A DNA stretch of 64,000 nt from NCBI GenBank assembly GCA_951406725.2, contig OX597834.1, forward strand, positions 11,098,001 to 11,162,000, read 5' to 3'. Within the stretch, counting starts at the first letter, position 1. Each line of letters starts with the position of its first letter. Below the pieces are notes generated by a model that made no database searches, was not told the DNA's origin, and saw nothing but the letters and a program-made list of their open reading frames with translations. The position numbers were made by a program, and so were the translations under genes. This DNA is from Octopus vulgaris. Its lineage: Eukaryota. Positions 27,577 to 40,741 of this stretch are shown in pieces.

Positions 27577-29318
27577 TTAATGAACATTGCGAGAATATTT
27601 TTTTTAAAAATCATTATCATTGTTTTTGCCTGAATAGCCTAGTATTTTTCCTTGTTACAAATTTTCAATTAACACAAGAACCTATAATAAGTCATTTAAT
27701 TCACAAATCCTTAAGTAATCTTTTTTTTTTTTTTTTTCATAGAAATGCTCTCTGCGTAAGTGATAATCCTTGGGTAGCTTTTTCTAGGTAACTCTACTCT
27801 TTCCATGTATTATGCTTTTCATTATTTTTTTCTTAAAGCTGTAAAAAAAGCAGAGTTGATGGTGCACTATATAAAACGTCTTAAGCTGGCAGAAACGTTA
27901 GCACGCTGGACGAAATGCTTAGCGATATTTCGTATGCCGCTACGTTCTGAGTTTAAATTCCGCTGAGGTCGACTTTGCCTTTCATCCTTTCGGGGTCAAT
28001 AAATTAAGTACCAGTTACGTACTGGGATCTACGTAATCGACTTAATCCGTTTGTCTGTCCTTGTTTGTCCTCTCTGTGTTTAGCCCCTTGTGGGTAGGAA
28101 AGAAATAGGTAGTTCGTCTGTCTATACGTTCTGAGCTCAAATTCCGCCGAGGTCGACTTTTAATGAACATTGCGAGAATATTTTTTTTTAAATCATTATC
28201 ATTGTTTTTGCCTGAATAGCCTAGTATTTTTCCTTGTTACAAATTTTCAATTAACACAAGAACCTATAATAAGTCATTTAATTCACAAATCCTTAAGTAA
28301 TCTTTTTTTTTTTTATTTATTTCATAGCACTGCTCTCTGCGTAAGTGATAATCCTTGGGTAGCTTTTTCTAGGTAACTCTACTCTTCCCATGTATGCTTT
28401 TCATTATTTTTTTCTTAAAGCTGTAAAAAAAGCAGAGTTGATGGTGCACTATATAAAACGTCTTAAGCTAGCAGAAACGTTAGCACGCTGGACGAAATGC
28501 TTAGCGATATTTCGTATGCCGCTACGTTCTGAGTTTAAATTCCGCCGAGGTCGACTTTGCCTTTCATCCTTTCGGGGTCAATAAATTAAGTACCAGTTAC
28601 GTACTGGGATCTATGTAATCGACTTAATCCGTTTGTCTGTCCTTGTTTGTCCTCTCTGTGTTTAGCCCCTTGTGGGTAGGAAAGAAATAGGTAGTTCGTC
28701 TGTCTATACGTTCTGAGCTCAAATTCCGCCGAGGTCGACTTTTAATGAACATTGCGAGAATATTTTTTTAAAAATCATTATCATTGTTTTTGCCTGAATA
28801 GCCTAGTATTTTTCCTTGTTACAAATTTTCAATTAACACAAGAACCTATAATAAGTCATTTAATTCACAAATCCTTAAGTAATCTTTTTTTTTTTTTTCA
28901 TAGAACTGCTCTCTGCGTAAGTGATAATCCTTGGGTAGCTTTTTCTAGGTAACTCTACTCTTCCCATGTATGCTTTTCATCATTTTTTTCTTAAAGCTGT
29001 AAAAAAAGCAGAGTTGATGGTGCACTATATAAAACGTCTTAAGCTGGCAGAAACGTTAGCACGCTGGACGAAATGCTTAGCGATATTTCGTATGCCGCTA
29101 CGTTCTGAGTTTAAATTCCGCCGAGGTCGACTTTGCCTTTCATCCTTTCGGGGTCAATAAATTAAGTACCAGTTACGTACTGGGATCTATGTAATCGACT
29201 TAATCCGTTTGTCTGTCCTTGTTTGTCCTCTCTGTGTTTAGCCCCTTGTGGGTAGGAAAGAAATAGGTAATTCGTCTGTCTATACGTTCTGAGCTCAAAT
29301 TCCCCCGAGGTCGACTTT
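27577..29318. repeat. tandem triplication of a ~582-bp unit (unique AT-rich DNA plus family B SINE)
   Basis: Units start TTAATGAACATTGCGAG at 27577, 28160 and 28742; near-identical. Confidence 0.95.
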
Positions 29319-29750
29319 GCCTTTCATCCTTTCGGGGTCGATTAAATAAGTACAAGTTATGCACTGGGGTCGATGTAATCGACTTAATCCGTTTATCTGT
29401 CCTTGTTTGTCCCCTCTGTGGGTAGTAAAGAAATAGGTATTTCGCCGTCGCTAGGTTCTGAGTTCAAATTCCGCGGACGTCGACTTTACCTTTCATCCTC
29501 TCAGGGTCAGTAAATTAAGTACCAGTTGCGTACTGGGGTCGATATAATCGACTGACCCCTCCCCAAAAATTTCAAGCCCTGTGCCTAGCGTAGAAAAGAT
29601 TCTTTGTTCAAATTCTGCCGAGGTAAACTATTCCTTTCATCCTTTCGAGGTCGATAAATTAAATACCAGTTGCGCACTGGGGCCGATGTAATCGACTTAT
29701 CCCCTTCCCCCAAAATGTCAGGCCCTGTCCCCTATTGTAGAAAGGATTAT
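29040..29750 (+). mobile_element. SINE family B concatemer with mixed tail types
   Basis: Two units with the AAAGAAATA tail, then two units with the CCCCAAAA...GTAGAAA.GATT tail. Confidence 0.85.
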
Positions 29751-30016
29751 ATAAAATCTCTTGCTCGATTAGTTCCAGTAACCCTCGTTCTAACTTCAAA
29801 TGCCAGTCAGGCTAAGATTATTTTTCATCACTTAATGGTTGTTACATAAAATACTGGCCATATAATAAACTTGATTCATGTTATATTTCGTTGTGTCTAT
29901 ATTGAATTTACGCTTCAGATGTCAGCCAAAGAATCACGCTAAGGAAACACTGTTCTCCCAGCATACATATATGTTTTTTAATTAGGCGTCCTTTTCTTCC
30001 ATTATCTAAATAATAG

Positions 30017-30290
30017 TCTCTCTCTTTACTCTTTACTCTTATACTTGTTTCAGTCATTTGACTGCGGCCATGCTGGAGCAGCGCCTTTAATCGAACAACT
30101 CAAGCCCAGTATTTATTCTATCCTTCTCTTTTGACGAACCGCTAATTAAAGGGGACACAAACACACCAGCATCGGTTCTCAAGCAATGCTAGGGGGACAA
30201 AAACAGACACACAAACACACACACGCATATATATATATACATATATACGATGGGCTTCTTTTCAGTTTCCGTCTACCAAATCCACTCACG
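30017..30290 (-). mobile_element. SINE family A, 5'-truncated
   Basis: Reverse complement of the family A body and tail. Confidence 0.85.
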
Positions 30291-30559
30291 TCTAATGAAA
30301 TATCCTCCATATTTTTTCTAATAATGTCTCTCTTCAAACGGGAAACGTTTTAAATCTAAATGTGTATACGTAATAACCGAAACGAATAATTAGCATTAAT
30401 TAATTGCATAACACATCCAACAACGCCCTCTTGATACAATCCTTTTCCGTTATATGGCCAGTTATTATATATATCCCTTCTACGACGCACTACACAAGCT
30501 ACACAATACCTAAATATTCCTGACCAATTTGAACTCCAGCTTGGACTCTCTATACACTT

Positions 30560-30920
30560 TTTTACTTTTTACTTGTTTCAATCATTTGACTGTGGCCATG
30601 CTGGAGCACCGCCTTTAGTCGAGCAAATCGGACACCAGGATTTATTCTTTGTAAGCCTAGTACTTATTCTATCGGTCTCTATTTTACCGAACCGCTAAGT
30701 TACGGGGACATAAGCACACCAGCATCGGTTGTCAAGCGATGTACCAGTTACGCACAATTAAGTACCAGTTACGCACTGGGGTCGATATAATCGACTTAAT
30801 CCCTTTGTCTGTCCTTGTTTGTCCCCTCTATGTTTAGCCCCTTGTGGGCAGTAAAGAAATAGGTTGTCAAGCGATGTTTTGGGGACAAGCACAGACACAC
30901 AAACACGTGTACGGGCAAGC
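30560..30920 (-). mobile_element. SINE family A fragment interrupted by a family B insertion
   Basis: Family A sequence on both sides of 30743-30861. Confidence 0.85.
30743..30861 (+). mobile_element. 5'-truncated SINE B nested in SINE A, with 16-bp TSD
   Basis: TSD GGTTGTCAAGCGATGT at 30727-30742 and 30862-30877. Confidence 0.9.
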
Positions 30921-31739
30921 TTCCTGAGAAGTACGATTAAATTTGTGGTCTTCGGCAAACAGGATTTAAGAAAACGCAAAAATATGAAAGAAAATTGTTT
31001 CTTAATGTAAATCATTTTAGGACGACGAAATATTTCTCTCATATAGGAAACGCAGTTGCTGCCAGGCACGTTGTTACAGATAAACAAGTGTGAGAAAATA
31101 TAAACAACACGGGAAGATGCGTGTCGCAATGACATTTCTACACAAATACACATAAATGTAATGTTTATATAATTCACACACACACTCGTACAAGACAACA
31201 TAGAACACACAGTGTTTAAACAAATTAAAAGAGACAAATTATAATAAAAATAAATATAAGACGCAACACGTCTTATTTTAAACAGAGAGAAAAAGCAGAT
31301 ATGCTCGCTAATAAAATTTCGAAAAGAAATAGGAGTGAGTTTTTATCTATGAGTTTGAGGCGCTCAAGATAGTAAAACAAAAACAGCACACGTCTAGAGA
31401 CGGTGTTCAGCAAAAAAAAAAATAATAAAATATAAAAAATCAACTCTAAGAAGACAGACTCCACTCCTAATCTCATTGCTCGGTAGCGAAGAACAAATTA
31501 AAAATGAATGGACAGATAAGGACTATATCGAAGTACACTGCAAAACTGTACCCGGGAAACAAATGGATATCAAAAGAAACATGCCAAATATGGAGAAGTA
31601 CTGATGTAAGGGGAAAGGTCGCGGAGAATAATCTTGCGAGTGTCTGACGATATACCCTGCTTGAGGGAAAAGTGCCCTGACCGAAATAAACAAACTAATA
31701 GATAAAGTACAGACAGAAAATAAAACAAAGTACCTCATA

Positions 31740-32194
31740 TGTTTCTTTATTTCGCACAAGGGGCTAAACACAGAGGGGACAAACAAGTACAGACAAACGG
31801 ATTAAGTCGATTATATCGACCCCAGTGCGTAACTGGTACTTATTCAATCGACCCTGAAAGGATGACAGGCAAAGTCGACCTCGGCGGAATTTGAACTCAG
31901 AACGTAACGGCAGACGAAATACGGCTACGCATTTCGCCCGGCGTGCTAACGATTCTGCCAGCTCGCCGCCTTTTTTTTTTTACCCACAAGGGGCTAAACA
32001 CAGTGAGGACAAGCAAGGACAGACAAACAGATTAAGTCGATTACATCGACCCCAGTGCGTAACTGGTACTTTATTTATCGACCCCGAAAGGATGAAAGGC
32101 AAAGTCGACCTCGGCGGAATTTGAACTCGGAACGTAACGACAGACGAAATACGGCAACGCATTTCGCCCGGCGTGCTAACGTTTCTGCCAGCTC
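31740..32194 (-). mobile_element. two tandem head-bearing SINE B copies
   Basis: Reverse complement of family B at ~31740-31969 and ~31975-32194. Confidence 0.9.
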
Positions 32195-32623
32195 ATAACT
32201 GAAACAATGAACGGACGGCAATCAGGCAAAATTAGTCATCAGACATTATATTTCTGAAAACGCATAAGACACCACTAAGGAAAGAAGGGAATACGACAGA
32301 TATAACACTGCACACAGTAAATAAAAGGCTAAACCAAAGTAAAATTTCTACATAGCGATCCAAACAGCAAATAGATAAAACAGCGGAGCAAATCAACAAC
32401 ACACATGAAGCACAAAACAACAGCAACAACAAAAAATAGCATAACAGACCAGCTGTACCCGGGGACGGAGACGAAGCGACTGAAGAGATAAGTAAAAATG
32501 GAAGAATTATGCAATCAGAGAGTTGAAAATATAAACCTGCGTCAACCCCTTCCTAGGCTACAGGTTAAAAAAAAAAGGGTCTATGAAAGGATGATTGCAT
32601 GCAAAAGAGCCTTATCACTAATA

Positions 32624-33009
32624 GCATGGAAGCACTCCGTCGGTTACGACGACGAGGGTTCCAGTTGATCCGATCAACGGAACAGCCTGCTCGTGAATTT
32701 TACGTGCAAGTGGCTGAGCACTCCACAGACACGTGTACCCTTAACGTAGTTCTCGGGGATATTCAGCGTGACACAGAGAGTGACAAGGCCGGCCCTTTGA
32801 AATACAGGTACAACAGAAACAGGAAGTAAGAATGAGAGAAAGTTGTGGTGAAAGAGTACAGCAGGGATCACCACCATCCCTGCCGGAGCCTCGTGGAGCT
32901 TTAGGTATTTTCGCTCAATGAACACTGACAACGCCCGGTCTGGGAATCGAAACCGCGATCCTACGACCGCGAGTCCGCTGCCCTAACCACTGGGCCATTG
33001 CGCCTCCAC
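32624..33009 (-). mobile_element. SINE family C, full length, with TSD
   Basis: Reverse complement of 25617-26002; 11-bp TSD TATCACTAATA at 32613-32623 and 33010-33020. Confidence 0.93.
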
Positions 33010-33301
33010 TATCACTAATAATCACCATATCGAAAAATATACTAGATATCAACAAGCTAAATGGCCTGATCTACTCAACAACTATAGTGATATCCAGGGA
33101 AATTGGACTTGACCTTTAGGAAGAAAAAATTCCCAACCAAATCTCAAACTCCAAAATGGAAACAGATAATAATAAATAAAATTCAAATACAAAACAAAGA
33201 CTTGTCACTACTTTGTGAATTAGAGAAAACGGGATCAAATATGAAAATAAATTTTAAATGCCCATATAACAAAACAAATAGTAATAATAGTAGTAGTAGT
33301 A

Positions 33302-33362
<61 letters not shown>

Positions 33363-33409
33363 TAATAATAATAATAATATTAATAAAATTAATAATAATA
33401 TTATTATTG

Positions 33410-33981
<572 letters not shown>

Positions 33982-33997
33982 AATAATAATAACAATA

Positions 33998-34426
33998 ATA
34001 AGGCCAACAGACCAGATATAGTTGTCAGAGACCATGAAGAAAAAAAATGCTTTCTAATTGATGTATCAGTACCGGCAGATGACAACGTGTCTCTAAAAGA
34101 AATGGAGAAACTCTCAAAATACAAAGACCTGGAAATAGAGGTAACTAGAATGTGGAATCTGAAAACAGAAACAATTCCTATCATAGTAGATGCATTAGGC
34201 ATGATAAAAAAATATTCAGACAAATACATAACAAAAACACCAGGACTTACAAACACATATAACATACAGAAAATTGCACTACTAGGCACTGCACACATCC
34301 TACGCAGAGCACTTTCCATACAATAACCATCAGAGCATCACAACAAATCACAGCACATACCCAAGGCACACAGAGCTGCGCTCGGTAGTGAAGTGAAAGC
34401 ACGCTATAAAAATAAAAATAAAACTA

Positions 34427-34429
<3 letters not shown>
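33998..34429 (+). mobile_element. 5'-truncated R4/Dong non-LTR retrotransposon: restriction-like endonuclease domain plus 3' UTR
   Basis: NRPDIVVRDHEEKKCFLIDVSVP...EKLSKYKDL...IPIIVDALG...IQKIALLGTAHILRRALSIQ* (PD..D..K RLE motif); ends in (AAT)n, the known Dong target. Confidence 0.92.
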
Positions 34430-34503
<74 letters not shown>

Positions 34504-34936
34504 TAATAATAATGGAGGTAACAGTAAACTCTTTTATCACATTATACTGAATATTTAAGTAGCCAAAATAGATTTAAACTTCTCTTACACTTGAAGCAAC
34601 TACGAATGGATCATAACGCAACTGCAGGGACCACCTAGTTTCAACGAGAACGGAGACTATGTTACAGAATTCGAAATGAAGCTCACGCCAGCCTATGTAA
34701 ATTCACACACTAGGGAACATTAAAGCAAATTTCCATATATTATTGCGATACATGACGAAGATAAGAAATGCATTTGAAAGGATGTAACGATTCTCAGCTC
34801 ATAATATAGATATGTCTTGAATAAATTCAGTGTTTGTAATATAACTGTCCACAAAAGAAAAATTTCTAAAATCAGATACATTCCATTAACTGTTGTTATC
34901 CGCGTATGGCTAATAAATATGTTTGTATGCGTATAC

Positions 34937-34985
<49 letters not shown>

Positions 34986-35129
34986 CATACATATATATAT
35001 ATGTATGTGTGTGTGCGTGTATGTATATATATGTGAGTGTGTATGCATGTATGTATATATATATATGTGTGTGTGTGTTTATATATGTATGTATCTATCT
35101 ATCTATCTATATATATATATATATATATG

Positions 35130-35160
<31 letters not shown>

Positions 35161-35277
35161 ACATACATAGATATATATTTAAACACAGACATGTATATGC
35201 ACACACATGTATAGAAATATATATATTAATATATACACATAATATTTTAATTATATATACATATACATGTATACATG

Positions 35278-35349
<72 letters not shown>

Positions 35350-35378
35350 TATTATATATATATATATATATATATATA

Positions 35379-35770
35379 AAAAGTTACCCCAACCGCAGAA
35401 CGGGGCGCCACTGCATGGTGCCAAGGATTCCAACATCACCATCAAAATACAGGTCCAGATACTGCAATAGCTTGGGTTTCAGAGGACCACAGCTCTTTAA
35501 CATCCTCCCTAAATGCCTGAGAAACTTACATGGTGTGGATGTGGGTTTCTTTAAAACTAAACTGGATCTCTTCTTGTCGGGAGTCCCAGATGAACCTACC
35601 TCACGACAGGAGACACAGATGCAGGCAGCAGCATCGAACTCCCTTGTTGATCAAGTGCCACGTATCAGAGGTGGATTCACAAATTAGTGTAGCTCATTCA
35701 GCGGTGGTGCCTCAGCATGGCCGCGGCTTTCGGGCTAAAACATTTTTAAGGATTTGAGGATTTTAAGGAT
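35379..35770 (+). mobile_element. 5'-truncated CR1-group LINE 3' end
   Basis: NSLGFRGPQLFNILPKCLRN...FKTKLDLFLSGVPDEP...NSLVDQ, then a short 3' UTR and TTT(A/G)AGGAT terminal repeats. Confidence 0.85.
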
Positions 35771-35784
35771 ATATATATATATAC

Positions 35785-36238
35785 TAATATAGGATGAAGC
35801 TTTTTTACAGAAAATAATTTCATCAGAAAATGTGGCAGCTTATTAAAATACCTTTAAGGGTTGAAATTATAAACAACTTGTAAATAAGGGCTAAAGAAAA
35901 TTATGTCTATGCCAATATACTGATAACAGACTTTGAAATTGTCAATTTCCACATATTATTTACTCACTACAGAAAACACGTAGAGCTGAGATCGGGGAAA
36001 GCTGGCCAATAGAATTTTCTACTGACGAGGAAAAAATCAATTATGAGATTAATTCCGGAATTGATTCAATGTAGAAATAACGATCTTTTTTCCAAAAATT
36101 CTGTTGGCTGGCTTTCCTCGATTTCAGCTCTACGTGTTTTCTGTAGCGAGTAAATAATATGTGGAAATTGACGATTTAAACGTCTGTTATCAGCATATTG
36201 GCATAGAAATAATTTTTCTTTAGCACTTGTTTATAAGT

Positions 36239-36240
<2 letters not shown>
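35785..36240. mobile_element. family S element inserted as a fold-back (~145-bp arms) with a hammerhead-like motif in the spacer
   Basis: 35874-36017 is the reverse complement of 36095-36240; flanked by (TA)n; CTGACGA...GGAA at 36022-36060. Confidence 0.8.
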
Positions 36241-36294
<54 letters not shown>

Positions 36295-36296
36295 CT

Positions 36297-36631
36297 GAGA
36301 CCCCCTTCTGTCATGACTGACCATGGGATTGCACCTAGAAAGTTACCCTCCCAGGCACAAGTCTGGGCAAGTTTGTTTATGGAAGACCAACAGTCGCCCA
36401 TGCATACCGGGTCCCCTCTCCACGCCACCAGTGTTATCCAAGGGAAGGGCAAAGGCCGATACAGCTTTTCACCTGTGACATCGCAACTCATTTCTACAGC
36501 TGAGTGAACTGGAGCAACGTGAAATGAAGTGTCTTGCTCAAGAACACAACACGCATCCCGGTCTGGGATTCAAACTCACAACCTCACGATCGAATGCTCG
36601 TCGCTCTAACCACTGAGCCATGCGCCTTCAC
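36297..36631 (-). mobile_element. tRNA-derived SINE family D
   Basis: Minus strand head GTGAAGGCGCATGGCTCAGTGGTTAGAGC...GAGTTTGAATCCC; GTGTTCTTGAGCAAGACACTT core; distinct tail. Confidence 0.88.
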
Positions 36632-36665
36632 AATAATAATATATACATATACGCATATATATATA

Positions 36666-36736
<71 letters not shown>

Positions 36737-36739
<3 letters not shown>

Positions 36740-36892
36740 AGTTTCCGTCTAACAACTCCACTCACAAGGCTTTGGTCGGCCCGAGGCGGCTATAGTAGAA
36801 GACACTTGGCGAAGGTGCCACGCAGTGGGACTGAATCCGGAACCATGTGGTTTGTAATCAAGCTGCTTACCACATAGCCACTGCAACGCCTA
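36737..36892 (-). mobile_element. SINE family A, 5' half
   Basis: Reverse complement of the family A head up to the internal microsatellite. Confidence 0.85.
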
Positions 36893-37733
36893 TCTTGATA
36901 TCTCTGACATATTTTGTATGTATGTGTGTGTCTAATCATATTTGTTTCCCGTGTTACATTTTTCACAAAATAGTCATGATTTCCACGCTAATGATTTATA
37001 TTTCACCTGGTCCTACAATCTTTTTTAAATTTTTATTACACCTGTTATTTTTAACACTTACCTCGCTCTTAAATCTCCTTGTTTCATTTTCACTTATTGC
37101 ATCTACTAATAATAATTATTCAATAACATTCGCTATTCTTCCTCTATGTTTCTTTATTCATCACTTTTTTCTTTCTTTTGTACGTTCATCTTTATCAACA
37201 ACTATATTTTATTATACTCCTTCAGACAGAAGCAGCTGCCTTATCGCCATAGTGACAAACTATGAAAAGAAGCGAATATTTTTACCTCATTATTATAATT
37301 AAAGAAAACGTTCAGAAAAATACAATAAAAATGAGTCAACATAGCTAAAAAGAAAGAAGCATATAAAATATATTATAAAAATCAACAGATACCAAATTAC
37401 ATCCCCTAGAAAAATTATATTGAGAGACTACATACGAGCGTCATTATCCCTTTTCTTCTGTAAACAAATGTTTACGATGGTTTTTCTGGAATTACCGAGT
37501 GTATGTAAAGCTATAAATGGAATATTATATGTGCCCAACAACATATCATTCACTCTGAATAAAGATGAGGGGAAAATATGTAAGTAAAAGAAGAAATGCC
37601 GAAATATACGTTCAGAACGATATAAACGAAACCAGTCACAGAAAACGTGAGTTCACACAGAAAAATTATATTATGCGATCTAAGGATGTATACAGCCGTT
37701 GTTTATTACACGTATAAACCAACTGCTGTTGGC

Positions 37734-37821
<88 letters not shown>

Positions 37822-37900
37822 ATATATGAATAGTTATATATATACATATATATATATATATGAGTCTATATGCATCTATATATATACGTATGTATGTATG

Positions 37901-37981
<81 letters not shown>

Positions 37982-38033
37982 TGATAGATAGATAGATAGA
38001 TGGACGGATAGATACATACATATATATGTGTGT

Positions 38034-38086
<53 letters not shown>

Positions 38087-38420
38087 TAATAGTTATATAC
38101 ATATGTGTCTATATGCATCTATATATATACATATATATATATATGTATATACATATACATGTATATATATATATATAGTTTTAAACATATAAATATATAT
38201 ATAGAGAGAGACAGAGAAAGAGAAAGAGAAAGAGAGAGATAGAGCGATTAAAGAACAATAAGATGAAAAATAGATATACAGATAGACAAAGAGGTAGATT
38301 GATAGACATTTGCAAAGTAAATGAATATCAACATATAAGCACGAAGTGACATTAATTAACTCGATGAATATACATTTTTGCTAATTATACATATATGTAA
38401 TTATAGCACATGCATATAGA

Positions 38421-38476
<56 letters not shown>

Positions 38477-38930
38477 TACATATATATATAAATATATATA
38501 CATATATATATATATATATAAATATATACGTACACATATATATATAGATATATATATATATAAACATACATACATATATACAAATATGCATACATACATG
38601 CGTATGTATGGTTGATAATCGTGTGCCGAAACACGTGTAATTTGTTTCATTTCCTCAAGCACTAGAATAATAATATGGTGCAGATACATATATATATAAG
38701 TGTGTGTGTATAGAGAGAGAAAAACAGAGAGAGAGAGAGAGAGAAGGAGAGAGAGGGAGATAGACAGAGAGGTTTATGTGTTTGTATAAGAAAAAAGTAG
38801 AAGAGAATCACACGAAGCATGTGTAGTAAATGAACGGGGAGGAAAATGGAGTAAAGTTTTGCAGCCTCTTTTTGGCTGAGAGGTGATTGAGTACATGGAG
38901 TTTGGCGGATTGAGGCAAGTAAATGACTTA

Positions 38931-38974
<44 letters not shown>

Positions 38975-38978
<4 letters not shown>

Positions 38979-39085
38979 CTGCTCGCTTGGCCAGTGGGGA
39001 GGCATCATTTGAAGGCTAAAACAATGCGAAGCACATTCTGACCAGCGATGTGTAGCAATATCTGATAGCCTGGTCGGTTACTGTG
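38975..39085 (+). mobile_element. probable retroposon 3' fragment between (TA)n tracts
   Basis: GC-richer 110-bp island between microsatellites; resembles a SINE/LINE tail; single copy in this window. Confidence 0.4.
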
Positions 39086-39181
39086 TGTGATTACTGTGAC
39101 ATATATATATATACATATACACAAACACAGACATATATATACACACATACACACACACACACTCTCACTCACACACACTCT

Positions 39182-39243
<62 letters not shown>

Positions 39244-39247
39244 TATA

Positions 39248-40090
39248 CAGGGGATGGACAAAATAATGGAAACACATAGCATCATAGTATCATGATGTTT
39301 CAATATCTATAAAACCGTCAAAAGCTTGTTTGTTTTTATGTTATTTGATTTATTATTAGTGTTGCTTAATATCTTTTACTAAAACTGCTGTTTTGGTTTT
39401 TTTTCCAGATATCATCAGAAAAAGGTAATTGAAAAGACAGATCTATCGAACTTTCAAAAAGGTCAAATTATTGGTCCTCGTATGGCAGGCGCTAGCGTAA
39501 CGAGAACAACCGAAATATTTGGTGTATCAAGAAGTACTGTCTTGAAAGTAATGACAGCCTTTGGGAAAGAGGGAAAAACATCCACGTCGAAACAAAACTC
39601 CGGAAGAAAACCAAAACTTTCAGATAGTGACCGTCCGATTCTTACGCGATTTGTTAGAAAGGATCACAAAAGTACAGCTCCTAAATTTACTGCAGTGTGT
39701 AATGACAACCTCGAGAACTCAGTTTCCAGAAAAACTGTTCGCCGGGAGCTGCACAAAATCGGACTTCACGAGAGGGCTGCAATCAGAAAATACCTACTTT
39801 CAAAACCAAACGTTGCAAAGCGTTTAGATTTGAGTAAAAACTACAGAATTGGTCCCTAGATCAGTCGAAGAATATTATTTTCTCGGCCAAGTCATCCTTT
39901 ACCTTATTGCAGACCACCGGCCGAGTTTGCGAGGGGAGCTAGTCAAAAGAAGCATTTAACCCAGACTGCCTTCTTCCAAATGTTAAATATGGATGAAGAT
40001 GTGTGATGATCTGGGTCGGGGGGTTATATCTTGGAAATCCGCCGAGCCAATGGTTTCCCTTCATGAAAGAATTAATAAGCATGACTATTT
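39248..40090 (+). mobile_element. degenerate Tc1-family DNA transposon (left TIR plus partial transposase)
   Basis: TA|CAGGGGATGGACAAAATAATGGAAACAC terminus; DLSNFQKGQIIG..MAGASVTRTTEIFGVSRSTV...SGRKPKLS...VSRKTVRRELHKIG; first catalytic motif decayed to FSAKS; frameshifts and stops. Confidence 0.9.
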
Positions 40091-40320
40091 ATCCATCAAA
40101 ATTCGAAATACAGCCAAAAATAAGTCTGCAATATAGGGTCCTGAAGATCAGGAAGATGACTGAATATCGACAGAGGTGGGCATGAGTCAATGGCAGAAAT
40201 ATATTCAGTATGAATGTGAAGGCTGAAAATATAGCTTGTAAAGGGAATTTAAGTTTTGATATTTAATTTCAGTTTCCTCTTATTCTGTTCTTATAGCGCC
40301 TCACTTCGTGTTATTTAATT

Positions 40321-40540
40321 TACTCTTTTACTCTTTTACTTGTTTCAGTCATTTGACTGCGGCCATGCTGGAGCACCGCTTTTAATCGAGCAACTCGACC
40401 CCGGGCCTTATTCTTTTATTTAAGCCCAGTACTTATTCTATCGGTCGCTTTTGCCGAACCGCTATGTAACGGGGACATAATCACACCAGCATCGCTTGTC
40501 AAGCAATGCTAGGGGGACAAACACAGACACACAAACACAT

Positions 40541-40577
<37 letters not shown>

Positions 40578-40741
40578 CGACAGACTTCTTTCAGTTTCCG
40601 TCTACCAAATCCACTCACAAGGCTTTGGTCGGCCCGAGGCTATAGTAGAAGACACTTGCCCAAGGTGCCAAGCAGTGGGACTGAACCCGGAACCATGTGG
40701 TCGGTAAACAAGCTACTTACCACACAGCCACTACTGCGCCC
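40321..40741 (-). mobile_element. SINE family A, full length
   Basis: Reverse complement of family A. Confidence 0.92.

Noticed and set aside
40136-40180. CTGAAGA...GAAT as a possible hammerhead (also lone CTGATGA at ~26995 and ~56394)
   Set aside because: Second core box and helices are absent or unconvincing; a lone 7-mer is expected by chance
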